From assembly GCF_002571385.2 (NCBI RefSeq), contig NW_019217889.1, forward strand, positions 260,744 to 324,743: a stretch of DNA of 64,000 nucleotides. Reading direction: 5' to 3'. The stretch is from Stylophora pistillata (Eukaryota). Every line of letters begins with the position of its first letter. Position 1 is the first letter of the stretch. The position numbers and the translations under genes are program-made. The notes under the pieces are model-generated. The model was not told where the DNA came from. It saw only the letters and a list, made by a program, of their open reading frames with translations, and did no database searches. Shown here in pieces: positions 1-25,070 of the stretch.

Positions 1-317
1 TTAGATATAAGTTAGACACGAAACACCCACAAGATCAATTACGCCGTTTAGTGCACCAGTGACTAAAACCAAAACTTTCGACGTCGTTTTAGCGAAGCAA
101 GGTCCTAGGAGTGGACAAAGCATTCAACTGCATGGATTTATTTGGATAAGAAAATAAGGCCACTGAATAACATCTAGACTGAGGTACTCCGAGTAAAACG
201 ACTCTCAAATTAATTTCTAGTTGTATTTATGTAAACTCTGTTTGAACGTGGCTTTAGGTGTGTTTCTAATCTTATCCTCTTTTTTCGTTTGGGTGAACTC
301 AAAACAAGTGTGCTTAC

Positions 318-3300
318 TTTGCTGCCCCGCCAGATCGATTGATTTTATGTTTGATACCATTACACACGATCTGATTCTCCTCGCCCGTAGCCTGACATTT
401 ACCAATTCTAAACAGAAGTCGAGCGTCAAACGCTCTTTTGAGCAACTCGCAAAGTTTTCGTCCTTCATGATTACTTGGAAGGTATGCCGTGAAAAACCTC
501 TCGTGGTAAGGATGTCCTGGAGTAGGATGTTCCCATCCTGTAAAGTTAGAAACAAATGAAAATTATCAAAGAATATCAGACAAAATTGCATAGTATAAAT
601 GCCAATAAGTATTGTACATTGAAACACCTTACGAAACTTCTCCCTACCCTTCTCTACAACGGAAGTTCCAACAACCTAAACATCTGTTTTGAGAAAAAAT
701 GTCGGAAAAAACACGAGTGCACGCGAGAGCCCCGAAAGGTATCATCGATAGTTCTCAGGTCACGGTTCCTTGAACTCAGGATTTCAGAGAAACCTGAGAA
801 AACGTCACTGTATCAGAGGTAGTACTGCGGGTTTGATGAACTTATTTATTCATTTGACTTATAAAAATGTATTTATTAACGGATACCCGGATTACCTTTC
901 GATACTGTCACGCACACTTAGTTATTTTTCTGACAACCTTCTCGAAACAGGTGTATACAATCCGTTCATCCAACGTATAGGTCGTTCTGATTGATAGATC
1001 TCGTAATAAGACATGAATGATCGTCACTTAAATCGCAGAAACGTAATGATTCCACTCTAAACTTGAGTGGAAGAGATTTGATTCAAACCCACCTTGGGTT
1101 CCCGAGGGAAAGTTATAGGTAACGGCAATACTGTAATAGTCTGGATATCCAGGAAGAGGCTGTTTCTCTGTCCTCCAAGCCATGCTTCCTATTGGTTGGC
1201 TTCTTTCACAGATACACCATTGATTACTACAGATAGAACCATCAGTCGTGTTATCGATACAAGACTGGCAAAAGGTATGTCCACAATTCCGGGGTTCGAC
1301 CAGTTCTTGGTATGAGTTGCGACATATTGAACAGCGGAGTGTTGTTTGGCTTCCTTGCGACTGATCTGAAATTTTAAGGAAATTTTTAGCCCAGAAACAT
1401 AACTGTATCGACCACAAGCAAAAAAATTTTTATTCTGAAGAAATTGTGAAGAATTAAAGGGAAGACCTCAAAACTAAAGCATGAGAACAGCTGATATTTC
1501 ACATCATTGAGACATAAAGTAGGTCTAAGAGTATTGTTGACTATCGTATTATAATGGACATTGCAATGATCAACGAACATACAATCTCTATTATTTGTAC
1601 TATGGCAGCCACAATTCAACATATGATACTGATTCAAGTGACGATAAAAAAATCCTCATTTTGTAACTCTACCTTCGTCCTTCTCCACTGTGGATGCCTC
1701 ACTTGCGGATACCATTAGCTCCTTCTCTTCAGGCCCTTGACTTGTACCCGTGGCTAATAATGGCACATCATTTGGTGCTTCAGCTCTGTTTGATGCGGAT
1801 ACATTCGGAGTATTTGGTGCAGTTTCGAGCGCCATTTGCTTTTCCCTTTCTTTCTTCTCTGTCTTTGGGGCACTCGAATTTGAATGCACAGGATCACTTG
1901 CTGAGGACTCACGTTTACTGCCTTCCTTGGACTTGTCTGGCGGCTTGTTTTCGTCTTCTTTTGTTTTCTCTTTATTCGCATCAGGCTGATTCACATTGTT
2001 AACATCAGAAGCATCTGTGAATTGCTCGTTGTTTTCCGCCTCGAGTTGCTTTGCAAGATTAAGGTTATCCTTCGTCGCAGAGAGACCAGGGGGATGCTTG
2101 ATTTCACTTGTTGCTTTAAAGCTCATCGCCCTCCCAAATGAGGTACCATTTGTGTCACCTCCTTTCCGAAAAAAGCTAGGTGCAAGGATTCCTCTAGCAG
2201 GTACTGAATTTCCAGAACTCTTTGTTGTTTTGTCGGATCGTTCGCCAGTATCCTGACCTTCATCCTTGTGCTTAGTTTCATTCTTACTGCCTCCAACATT
2301 TTGGGCTTCAAGGCTGTCTGCCAAACTCATCTCGTCTGCCTTTAAGTTGCTTTCCTTAGAATTTTGCTGGTGCTGCTCTTCCACCCGTTGATGGGAGTCA
2401 TTTTCGTCCTGTTTTCTCATTGGTTCAGCAGGGCTATCCTGTGTACTCTTACACTTTTCAGTAAGTAACTCATCATCAATCCTTGGATCACCACCTCCTC
2501 GGTTAGTAGAAAATGGGCTATTTCCTTCTTCTTTAGATGGACGTCTCTGAATTTCCATTTGATTTTGCAACTTTTGTTCCGAGTAGTAACGGTTAACAAA
2601 TTCTCTTCGGAAGACCTCAGTGGTTTCTGCATCGATGATAACGACACGTATGTCACGGAGAGTACTACATTCTGCATCTATACTTGTGCTGAACTCTTCA
2701 ATCGCTCGAAAAATTGCGCCAGCACAGGCTTCTTTTGGCATACCGCAATTACCTGAGCTAATGGCTGGAAAAGCTATAGAAGAGAGTCGAAGTTGCACAG
2801 CAAGTCGGAGGCATGTTATGCATGTCAGTCGAAGAACAGTTATAGCAGCGCTTTTGTCGGGATAAGCTGACCAGTCTGGCCCAATTGTGTGGATTACATA
2901 ATGACAAGACAGATGCCCACTTAGGGTGTAAACAGCTTCACCAGGTTGCAGAGGGAATTTACGATGAGACATGATACACCGAGATTCATCTACTATTTGA
3001 CTCCCTCCTTTTATCACAATTGCACCGCCCACACCTTGAGAATGTTGAAGCCATGGGTTAGCTGGGTTGACAATGGCATGGACTTTTTCATCAGTTATGT
3101 CTCCCTGGTATAAGGATACCATTACGTTATTTGTCAACATCTGCTGTAGGATCTTAGGCAATGGCGGTTCATGATGGTGAGGCGAATGACTGATATTCCT
3201 TTGACCATTCCTAAGGTTGCCGCCGCTGAGTTTTGACAGTCCAAGTATATTTTTTAGAGCCTTTACTGAGCTCTTAAGATGAATATCCTCGCTATAGATG

Positions 3301-6300
3301 ATTAACTGACCTTCTGCTTTCTCAATCACAACGGGATGTTTGCTTTCCACGAATGCAATCGCCTCCTTGATTTTCCCGTCATCGTGGATGTCTCTTACAT
3401 CAATCACCTGTCGCTTCATGGTATGGTAGATGGTTTGGTACAAATCAATGAAAGCATCGCATCCTTCTTGATAGTGTGTTTCTTCGGCTAGAGATGTAGG
3501 TTTGATATCTACTCCAGGTTCATTTTCAGGCCAAATTATCTTTAGGTGGTACTCCCTTTCTATTTGTTCAAGCTTTTCCTTGTGTACTCTTATGAAAAAT
3601 TTCATGAATTTTGGTTCAACTTCAAAGGTGCGCTCTTCTACAATTTCCTGAGGGTCTTTTTTAACTTGCTTGAGATTTTTTGCAGAATTTTGTAGAGTTT
3701 TTATGGCATCTTTTCCTTGCACCATTCTTTCTTCCTTAAACAGCAAATGTGGACGCTGAAGAAAATATTTTTGCAAATACCTATGAGCAATTTCTAGTTG
3801 ATTGATCGTCCCAGAGAGAACAAATCCATCAAGACCCTTCACTTGCCATGATACACCAACTTCATCCTTCACCATTTTGAGCAGATTTTCTGACTTCTGA
3901 GGTGATATGGTATCGAAGCTCACAAAGGCAGTAACATGCGAGAAAACCTGTGCAGGTCAGAAATAAAAGGGGTAAGTTTCTAAAGAAACTGTGGCGCTGC
4001 GTCGGTATGTGGTATAACAAACGCTTTGTCAGAGCGACTGACGAATACCTAACTCTCGAAAAGTAAGCTTTAAAAAATCTTTGCGGTGGCCAATTTACAC
4101 TATCATGTCAGAAATAGGTTTGTCCAAATGATATAGAAAAATAACAAATGCAATAATAAAAGGGTAAACTGCGTCTAGTAGGCATTGTTCATTGTTACCA
4201 GGTAGAGCACCTAGCTCCCCTCGCTCAAGGTAGGTTTTGTAGTCACGACGCCTCACCTTCGGTTACAATTCACGCCTTTTTGTATATTGTTTTCTGTTTT
4301 CAGTTGTTCCGTGTATATTTGTTGTTTTATCAGGTTCGCCAGTCATTTTTGTCACGTCACTTTTCATATTTTTGTGTTCATTTTTTATGCATTGTTTCTA
4401 TTGTTTGGCATAGCTTCTTCTACCGTAGTTTTCTTGTCGCCGTTGTCATTATGTTTTAGTCGTCGTAGTCGCCACATAATCTTTTTAGTTTCGTTATTTT
4501 GTCCGTCATTTTGCCTGTTTTATTTATATTTCGTTTTGCTTTCCTGTTCTGTATATTTAACTTGTTTATGCACATTGGCCTTTAGCGAATCGCTAGTAAA
4601 GGTGCGAATTGCTCGGATTTGTGGATTTCGACTACAGGCTTGTCCTAAGGAAAAATTAGAGGCTGACAACAGTCTGAAGAATCATTTTGCTTTTGTTCTC
4701 TAGTTTGGAAACGTTTCAAGCTAAACAATAGGAGGGAAGAGGGCAAAGGCTATAGTGGCAAAAACTAAGTCCTAAGTAATGGACATTAATTAACTAGCTC
4801 AAGTAAAAATATTTTCGATTACTATCTTACTTGATCTTTAATCTTAATGCACGCTAAAAAGATTCATCATGCGACAATATACAATGAATAACTATACGTT
4901 TCCCCCCAAAAAACTAGGTAAATCACTCACTATGGTGTATATATATAGTGGAACCCCATTAACTCAAACTCCCAAGGGAAACAAAAAATGGTTCAACTCA
5001 ATGGTTCTAATGTATAACCAAACTATTTACCAACTAAAAGCATGTTTCCATTATTTTAATCTTTAAATTTTAGATGTAGCAAGTGCTTGGATTGACTTGG
5101 GGACTCTGTCTCTCTAAGATTACAGGGTAGAATGTTCCAGAGGGTTGCACCACTGTGACAAAAACTATTTTTGGACATACTGTAGATAGTTTGCAGGAAG
5201 GAACAATTAGTTTGTTTACAGACCCTTAGGGAAAGCACAATCACACTTAAATATTTCCATCTGAGTTGCTGAAACAAATTTTTTTGATATCAGTATCTAA
5301 ACTAGAAGACGTTAAAGTCGTGGAGCACGGTTCTGGAGATTCTGTACAGTTTTAGCAAGGCACTGATAGAGTTTTGCTACATTTACCCCAGACTAGATTT
5401 AGCCCAGACTGGAAATGAGATCGAGCAAGGACATTGTATTTGCGGAAAACTGTAAATTAAGGGACAAAAGACTTTTAGATCTTTAAATCAATTATATTTA
5501 GTGGTATACCTCTTGATTGCGGTATGGTCTAAGATCCACCTTTTTACCTCCAAACATGTGAGGGTGCTTCAATACCCCATCAGCAACTAATAAAGAAGAC
5601 AAAAATGAAGATCACATTTTAATGTATTTAATTCAATTTTTAGAACAAGAGACAGTAAAATATATATCCCAAGATACACCTTCTGTCTCCTGCTAGTTTT
5701 AACATGACTCAATATGCTAATAATAGTCTTATTTCCTCATAATGGATACATTGTCACAGTCATAAAGTTAATATATCAAGAGAAACCTATGAAATAATGT
5801 ATTTGAAATATTTGTATAAGTTTTGATCAATTGCCAGGGAAACCACAGAGGGGTGATATCTTTGATAGATGTTTCTTTTTTCTTCGGTGCAAGTTAGATA
5901 AAGCTTTTTCATGACAAATGTTCTCTTATTGTAAAATGTAAATTGTCCCGGCTTGTCTTCTGCTTTGTTGTGAAGCTGTACTAGGTCTGAACTGAAAGGA
6001 TCTTAATCCGAAATATTTACGGTATGGGCTAGGAGAGCCAAGCAAGATTGTTTACTGAATAATTTTTGTTTATTGCCAACATCAATCGAAGAGTGTCAAG
6101 CTCAGACAAAGTTTGTTTTGATATTTTGTACAACAACGCACTTACTCCTGCACGAGGACACTGATTTTGCACAGTTTTACATATGACAAGCAGACTTCAC
6201 GTTTTGCTTGCTTGCTGCCTCGCTTAGTTTGTCTAGCAAGCAATAGCATTGTAGATAATTCACGTGTATCAACTGAGTTGATAATGTAAATTGGCCGCCG

Positions 6301-8239
6301 TAACCGGAGTATGAAGGTAGATCCTGGACAAAATGTTCGTTTCGTCGTTTCGTTATGGCGTTTCGTCGTTTCGTTATGTCGAGTCGTTGTTTTTCGAGTT
6401 CGACTCGTCGAACTTCTAGTTCGTTTCGTCGTATTGTCAGTTCGATTCGTCGGCTGGCCTCTTCGACTCGTCGTTTTACGAGTCCGACTCATCATCCACC
6501 ACATCTGTTCGTCGTTTTGTCGTTTCGTCATTTCGTCATGGCGTTTCGTCGTTTCGTTATGTCGTTTCGTCGTTTCGAANNNNNNNNNNNCGAAACGACG
6601 AAACGACATAACGAAACGACGAAACGACATAACGAAACGACGAAACGCCATGACGAAATGACGAAACGACAAAACGACGAACCGATGTGGTCGATGACGA
6701 GTCGGACTCGTAAAACGACGAGTCGAAGAGGCCAGCCGACGAATCGAACTGACAATACGACGAAACGAACTGAAAGTTCGACGAGTCGAACTCGGAAAAC
6801 AACGACTCGACACAAAGAAACGACGAAACGCCATAACGAAACGACGAATCGAACATTTTGTCCAGGATCTACCTTCATACCGGAGCCTTTCTAAGCTGAC
6901 GTTTCGAGCGTTAGCCTTCGTCATTCGCTCTGATGAAGGGCTAACGCTCGAAACGTCAGCTCAGATTAACTCTTTAGAAGACTAATTTACTCAACTCAGT
7001 TAATGAAACCAAATTATCTTCTTCTACTACCCCACCGACGCAGCACCACAGTTTCTTAAGAGACTTATCCCCTAAAATTATAACATCGCAGCGCTCCTAT
7101 CAACTCTTGAGCGACGCATTTGTTATATTAGCAAGCTATTTCCGTGACACTGACAGGTTTAATTAAATACCGAACTTCTCAGGAACCGAACCCCGAAACA
7201 CCTGGAATAAAATGCATGAATAGGGTCGGCGCCTGAGACAATCAACAACTGTTGCTTCAATAAAGAACGGCGTATCCGTTTTCTCGCCTGGCGTGCCCTG
7301 AAAGTATAGCTCGACTGTGGAGCGGATCGAAATGGCATTTATTCGGGCGCCGAAATTTGCAAGTGCCGAACCACAATGTGTATATCATAATAACATTTTT
7401 GCTAAAGGTTTCCTCAAAACGTAGTGGGGACGGTTAGAAACGGTCGGCGTCTGAGTCAATAGACGTTTTTTGCACTAGTTCGCTCACTCCGTGTTAGAAT
7501 TTAAAGTTCGGCTGCCGAGTAATTCGAAGTCTGAGTTTTAACAAACCAAAATTCTTCGTGAGTTCATCGATTGCGATCTCTTTTTCGCTCCAGATGTCTC
7601 CCATGACCTCAAAATGTCATTAATTTTATTTTTAAACAGTGTACACTAGCTCCCAACTCATTCGAAAGCCTCCGCATTTACTTTTCAAAACGTACGTTTC
7701 GCTGTGGGTTAACACAGCCTCAGGTTCCAGATGCCAACGGATCTGTTTCTTTATTCTTTCGAATTGAAGCGGATGCCACAACAACAATACGTAAAGCTGT
7801 ACAAGAGTTTAGATAAAAAAAGTCTCTGAAAAGATTTTTCCTTGGTCAATCTCACGTAAAATCTCCTCAAGTCAAGTTTGAAAGGTTCGTAGTAAACAAG
7901 GAGCGAACAAGATGAAGCCGGAAGTTGTTTGACTGATCTCTTGTAGATTTCACTTTTCCGCTGACTGAGACACATAAGAGACCAAATATATGAGCACATT
8001 TTAAATTTTACCTTACCTTCAGGGCTTTCAAAGACAATGACTGCTTTTCCATCCTTTGTCATCCAAATATCATCGACTTCTCCCCCGCCGTTTTTACTTT
8101 TCTGGAAATGTATGTGAATTTCATCTTTTGTAATTTGTCTCGGTATGTTCGATATCACCACAGCTCTAGCAAACTTTTCGACACTCAAACGTCCTAGCTG
8201 TGATTCTATTGACTCTGGATGGTCATTCATCTCTGCCAT
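318..8239 (-). CDS. Gene A: DTX3L-like E3 ligase with internal macrodomain (RRM-KH-like-Macro-charged linker-RING-DTC); last exon lies left of the window
   Basis: Exons: 8239-8017 (Kozak accaccATGG; RRM-like HFQKSKNGGGEV), 5586-5510 (VADGVLKHPHMFGGKKVDLRPYRNQE), 3947-1673 (KH-like region; macro QGDITDEKVHAIVNPAN...AFPAISSG), 1365-1093 (RING CSIC..CGHTFCQSC; start of DTC LPGYPDY..YNFPSGTQG), 537-318 ([23 protein letters not shown]). All junctions are GT-AG with matching phases 1,0,1,1,2. Confidence 0.88.
6310..6879. mobile_element. Palindromic non-autonomous TIR element (TATGAAGG...CCTTCATA) built of GTTTCGTC-type subrepeats, with a 6-bp flanking duplication CCGGAG
   Basis: The two arms are near-perfect reverse complements around the N gap at 6580-6590. 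CCGGAG occurs at 6304-6309 and 6880-6885. Confidence 0.75.
6893..6961. repeat. Short hairpin repeat containing a hammerhead-like core (Penelope-type terminal repeat family)
   Basis: agctgacgtttcgagcgttagcc...ggctaacgctcgaaacgtcagct is an inverted repeat. CTGATGA is at 6930-6936 and GAAACGTC at 6950-6957. A degenerate relative lies near 3990-4070. Confidence 0.55.
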
Positions 8240-8701
8240 GGTGGTAAAGGCAATAAATGCGAGCACTATACTGCTCCCGTAGCTAAATTTCGCAACACAG
8301 AGTTCGGTGTTGTTCGTATCTCGTGGAAATAGAAAGAGTGGGACTAGCACCGAAATCACCAAGCCGAGGCATGAAGCCCACGGGGCAGGAAGCACTGCCG
8401 AAGTGTTTTGGGGCAAACCAAAGTTCTTGTTGAAACAGGCTGATTGTGGACTTTTTCGCTCTTGTCTGATCTGTGAAGTATTATTATTTTATTGCACCTC
8501 TCATCTAAAACCAGGTTGCTTAGGGTCGAAACGATTTCAAGGTACTTTATTTAGATGATTGAAAGGATTTTTCCGGGAATTCAGTCTGGAGATTCCCGGA
8601 ATATCTACTTCCGCTTACTAATTAGGTTTCAGTTTGAGAGCGAGCCCTCAAATATTTTGATGTGTTGTGCTGCGTGGAAGACAATTTGGTAGGCTTTGAG
8701 G
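8240..8701. promoter_or_regulatory. Bidirectional promoter between genes A and B with two GAS (STAT) sites and IRF/ISRE-like motifs
   Basis: ATGs at 8239(-) and 8702(+). TTCCGGGAA at 8571-8579 and TTCCCGGAA at 8593-8601. GAAATAGAAA at 8326-8335. GGTTTCAGTTT at 8625-8635. ETS-like ACTTCCG near 8607-8613. Confidence 0.7.
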
Positions 8702-22263
<13,562 letters not shown>

Positions 22264-22474
22264 ATTTATAATTAAGGTGTTTTATTTCGTTCGTTATATT
22301 TCCATTTTTCCTTCTTTTGCATGAATTTTTTTCTAGTCCAACCGTTTTGTTTTAGAAATATTTGAAGTCCTGGGTACGATACTTGGAATCACATGATGGC
22401 GAGTCAACTTCCTCTTTTTAAAATCGTTTAGGTGCTGTCGCTCTCTTTATTATGCTTTTCATGATCAGGAAGTT

Positions 22475-23681
22475 ATAACGCAAGCTAAGGTTTTTTCGAT
22501 AACGTGAAAAAGGAAATTGAATGCCCAGTATGCTAGGAGCAATTTAGCGTAAACAAGCAACCAAAGATTCTGGAATGTCTTCATACCTTTTGCAAATCTT
22601 GCCGTACAGTAACGGAATGTCTCAACACTGATATCGATAATCTTCCGTCGAACCTGTTTTACAAACAAATAGTGGAAATTGTGGAGGCATACGCAGGTCA
22701 AGAAGAGTCATCATGTTGCGGGAAATGCGAAGAACAGAAATCGCTGAGGTTTTATTTCTCCACTGAATTGCAACTGTTTACTGTGCGAAGAATGCGCTGC
22801 AGTGCACAAGAAGTGGAAGGATTTCAGAGGCCATCAGCTCAAGGAAATGGGAAAACGTCACTCTCGTAATGTAGAGGACTACTCTCGAAGAGCAAACGTC
22901 TGCAAAGAGCACGAGGACAAAATTAGATTTTACTGCGAAGCATGTCGAATTTGCATTTGTCGTGACTGCGCCATACTGGATCACGACGACCACAAGAAAA
23001 TTTCGATAGAGAAAGGACTAGAAAGTAAGGCAACTGAAATCAAGAATAAGATATGAGAGGTTCAGGAAAACGGATCTGTCTTGAGAAACAAAAAGGAATC
23101 TCTGGAGAAACGTAGAATGTACGAATGGTTGCACAACAATAGATAACATTCAGCAGTTTGGATTTTGGCGAGGAAATTCTCTCTCGTAGGAATCTACCAG
23201 AAATAATAAATGTCGAAGAAATGTTGGAGAACAGGCTATAGGAACTATCCGTGCCTTTTGAGCCTTCACTGAATTTCCCTGAAGTTGTGTACAATTCAAA
23301 TGATTTCAGTTGCTTGAGAGACGGACCTGGAAAGCTGATAAGGACATTTACAGAACCTACGGCATCTGTTGCAGAAGGTCAAAGTTTGACTGAGGCTATC
23401 CAAGGAGAAGAGAGCACATTTACTGTGATTACTGAAAAGATATCAAGGGCCAAATTGTTTATGGCGAAATCGATCATGTCAATGATGCGATGATTTCCGT
23501 CAATGCAAGAGGGACTTTGATAGCCAGCGTCACAGACTCAAAGAATGGCCGATATCAAGTAGAGTACACAAGTGAGACGACAGGTGACTTTAAAATATCT
23601 GTTACAGTACAAGGTGAAGCCATCAAGGACAGTCCGTTTACTTTAAGGGTGAGAAAGACAGAACCAGAGACATTTTATCAG
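22475..23681 (+). pseudogene. TRIM (RING/B-box/coiled-coil/filamin) pseudogene, paralog of the exon at 28411
   Basis: The start codon is ATA instead of ATG. Deletions in the RING and coiled coil, frameshifts and stops split it into ORFs 22672, 22802, 23251 and 23490. It keeps the same TTTTATCAG|GTATC donor. Confidence 0.9.
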
Positions 23682-24169
23682 GTATCATTTTTTATGTTCT
23701 GTAAACTTTCAGGCTGTTGTAATTGAAAGAACGGAGTCTACTTGAATATGATAATTTGATAAAACCCAAATTATCATATTTTGGTTTGAGTTAATGTTGT
23801 TAAACCCAAACCAAAGTAAGCACAACGGCCCGACACAGTAAAGGAACAGCGCGTGGAACTAATCAGTTCTTGAAGTAAAAAACAAGCAAATTATCCCAGG
23901 AGCAGGAAACGTGACAGACCAAATTACTTAGCACAACTTTTCTAAACCAATCATAGAGAGAGAATAAGAAACACTGATACAATTCTGAGTTACCATCGAT
24001 ACATAAGTGAAAATGGTATGATTATTAACATTTTAAATCAAATTAATATTTAGACTCAAACTAAAGTTGCATTTGGTGCTTCAAACAATTCTGAGGATTG
24101 ATTTGTTTCTATATGAAACACACAATATATGTCCAAACTAGCAGAGGGAAAAAAATCCATATTTCATAC

Positions 24170-24499
24170 CATTTTTGTTTTGGAAAAGACAAAAACCCGT
24201 TTCATTTATTTGTTGGCATTTGCTTCCCGGGATCCCTAGGAATAGTCGCTTTTCATTGCTTCCTTTCAACTCATCCATTTTTTTCTTTCGCATAGCATAT
24301 GTCCTGTAGAGAGATGGATTTTGAACTCTTGCAATTCTCAAGATCATAATTTTGCTGTGACATGTTTTTTGAGCATGATTCTGAACTTCTTGGTATTCCT
24401 TTGCATTGTTCACAGGATCTAGCTCAACAAGATGAACGGTAAGTTCTCCACCCCATCGGTTTTTCGGCTGAGGGATCCAGTTGCTTGGCAAAATAACAT
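24170..24499 (-). pseudogene. Exon encoding the N-terminal part of a PARP (ART) catalytic domain, PARP14/PARP12-like; catalytic His position changed (LFLGI instead of LFHGT)
   Basis: Translation D-VILPSNWIPQ...EYQEV...IARVQNPSLYRTY...NEKRLFLGI...INETGF. Phase-1 acceptor tttag|AT and donor G|GTATG. No downstream PARP exon was found. Confidence 0.8.
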
Positions 24500-25070
24500 C
24501 TAAACAGGAATTATTAAAACATTGTTTAGACTTTTCATATTGTAACCAAATTGTGGTATACACGCTCGAGGTTTGGAGTACGTTTCATTGATATAAAAAC
24601 TTTCATTCATTGCAGAGGTAGTGAACCACAACAAGCTAAAATTAATATGTCAGTTGGTCCTCTTTGCCATGACGAGACTACGAGGAGCCCATATAATCTG
24701 TTTGTGTAGCCGATTGTTATTTTAGAGTGAATGTACCAGATTTACTGTTTGCCTCACCAACAGTGATATATTGCTGATTATGTATATATAGCCTGCGTCG
24801 CAGACAGTCTAAAGCTTTACTTAAACTGCATGTCAAAAAAACAAATGGATTTCTCACTTAAATCAAAGCTTTACTTAAACTGCATGTCAAAAAAACAAAT
24901 AGATTTCTCCCTTAAATGAGAAATAAAAATCATTCATCTGTATTTTTAGCAGGTCCCTACACAAGGCCATGCGCGTGTAACGCAAGGAACTGCTGCTAGG
25001 GTTTAAACCCTTGGAGTTGACTTGGCAAATTCTCTAAAGTGTATTGGGCCAACTGAAATTATATTCTTAC

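Noticed and set aside
770-994. ORF containing NGYPDYL, resembling the Deltex terminal exon
   Set aside because: It is on the wrong strand and upstream of exon 5 of gene A, and lacks the EL..KG ending, so it is treated as a chance match.
1694-2865. Plus-strand ORFs antisense to gene A exon 3 (similar antisense ORFs at 17133, 34500 and 54793)
   Set aside because: They are shadow ORFs of real coding exons with no recognisable motifs.
6340-6850. CRISPR-like array
   Set aside because: There is no constant repeat with unique spacers, no cas genes, and the context is eukaryotic.
6142-6924. Several overlapping Arg/Thr/Val-rich ORFs on both strands
   Set aside because: They are by-products of the palindromic GTTTCGTC repeat and an N gap.
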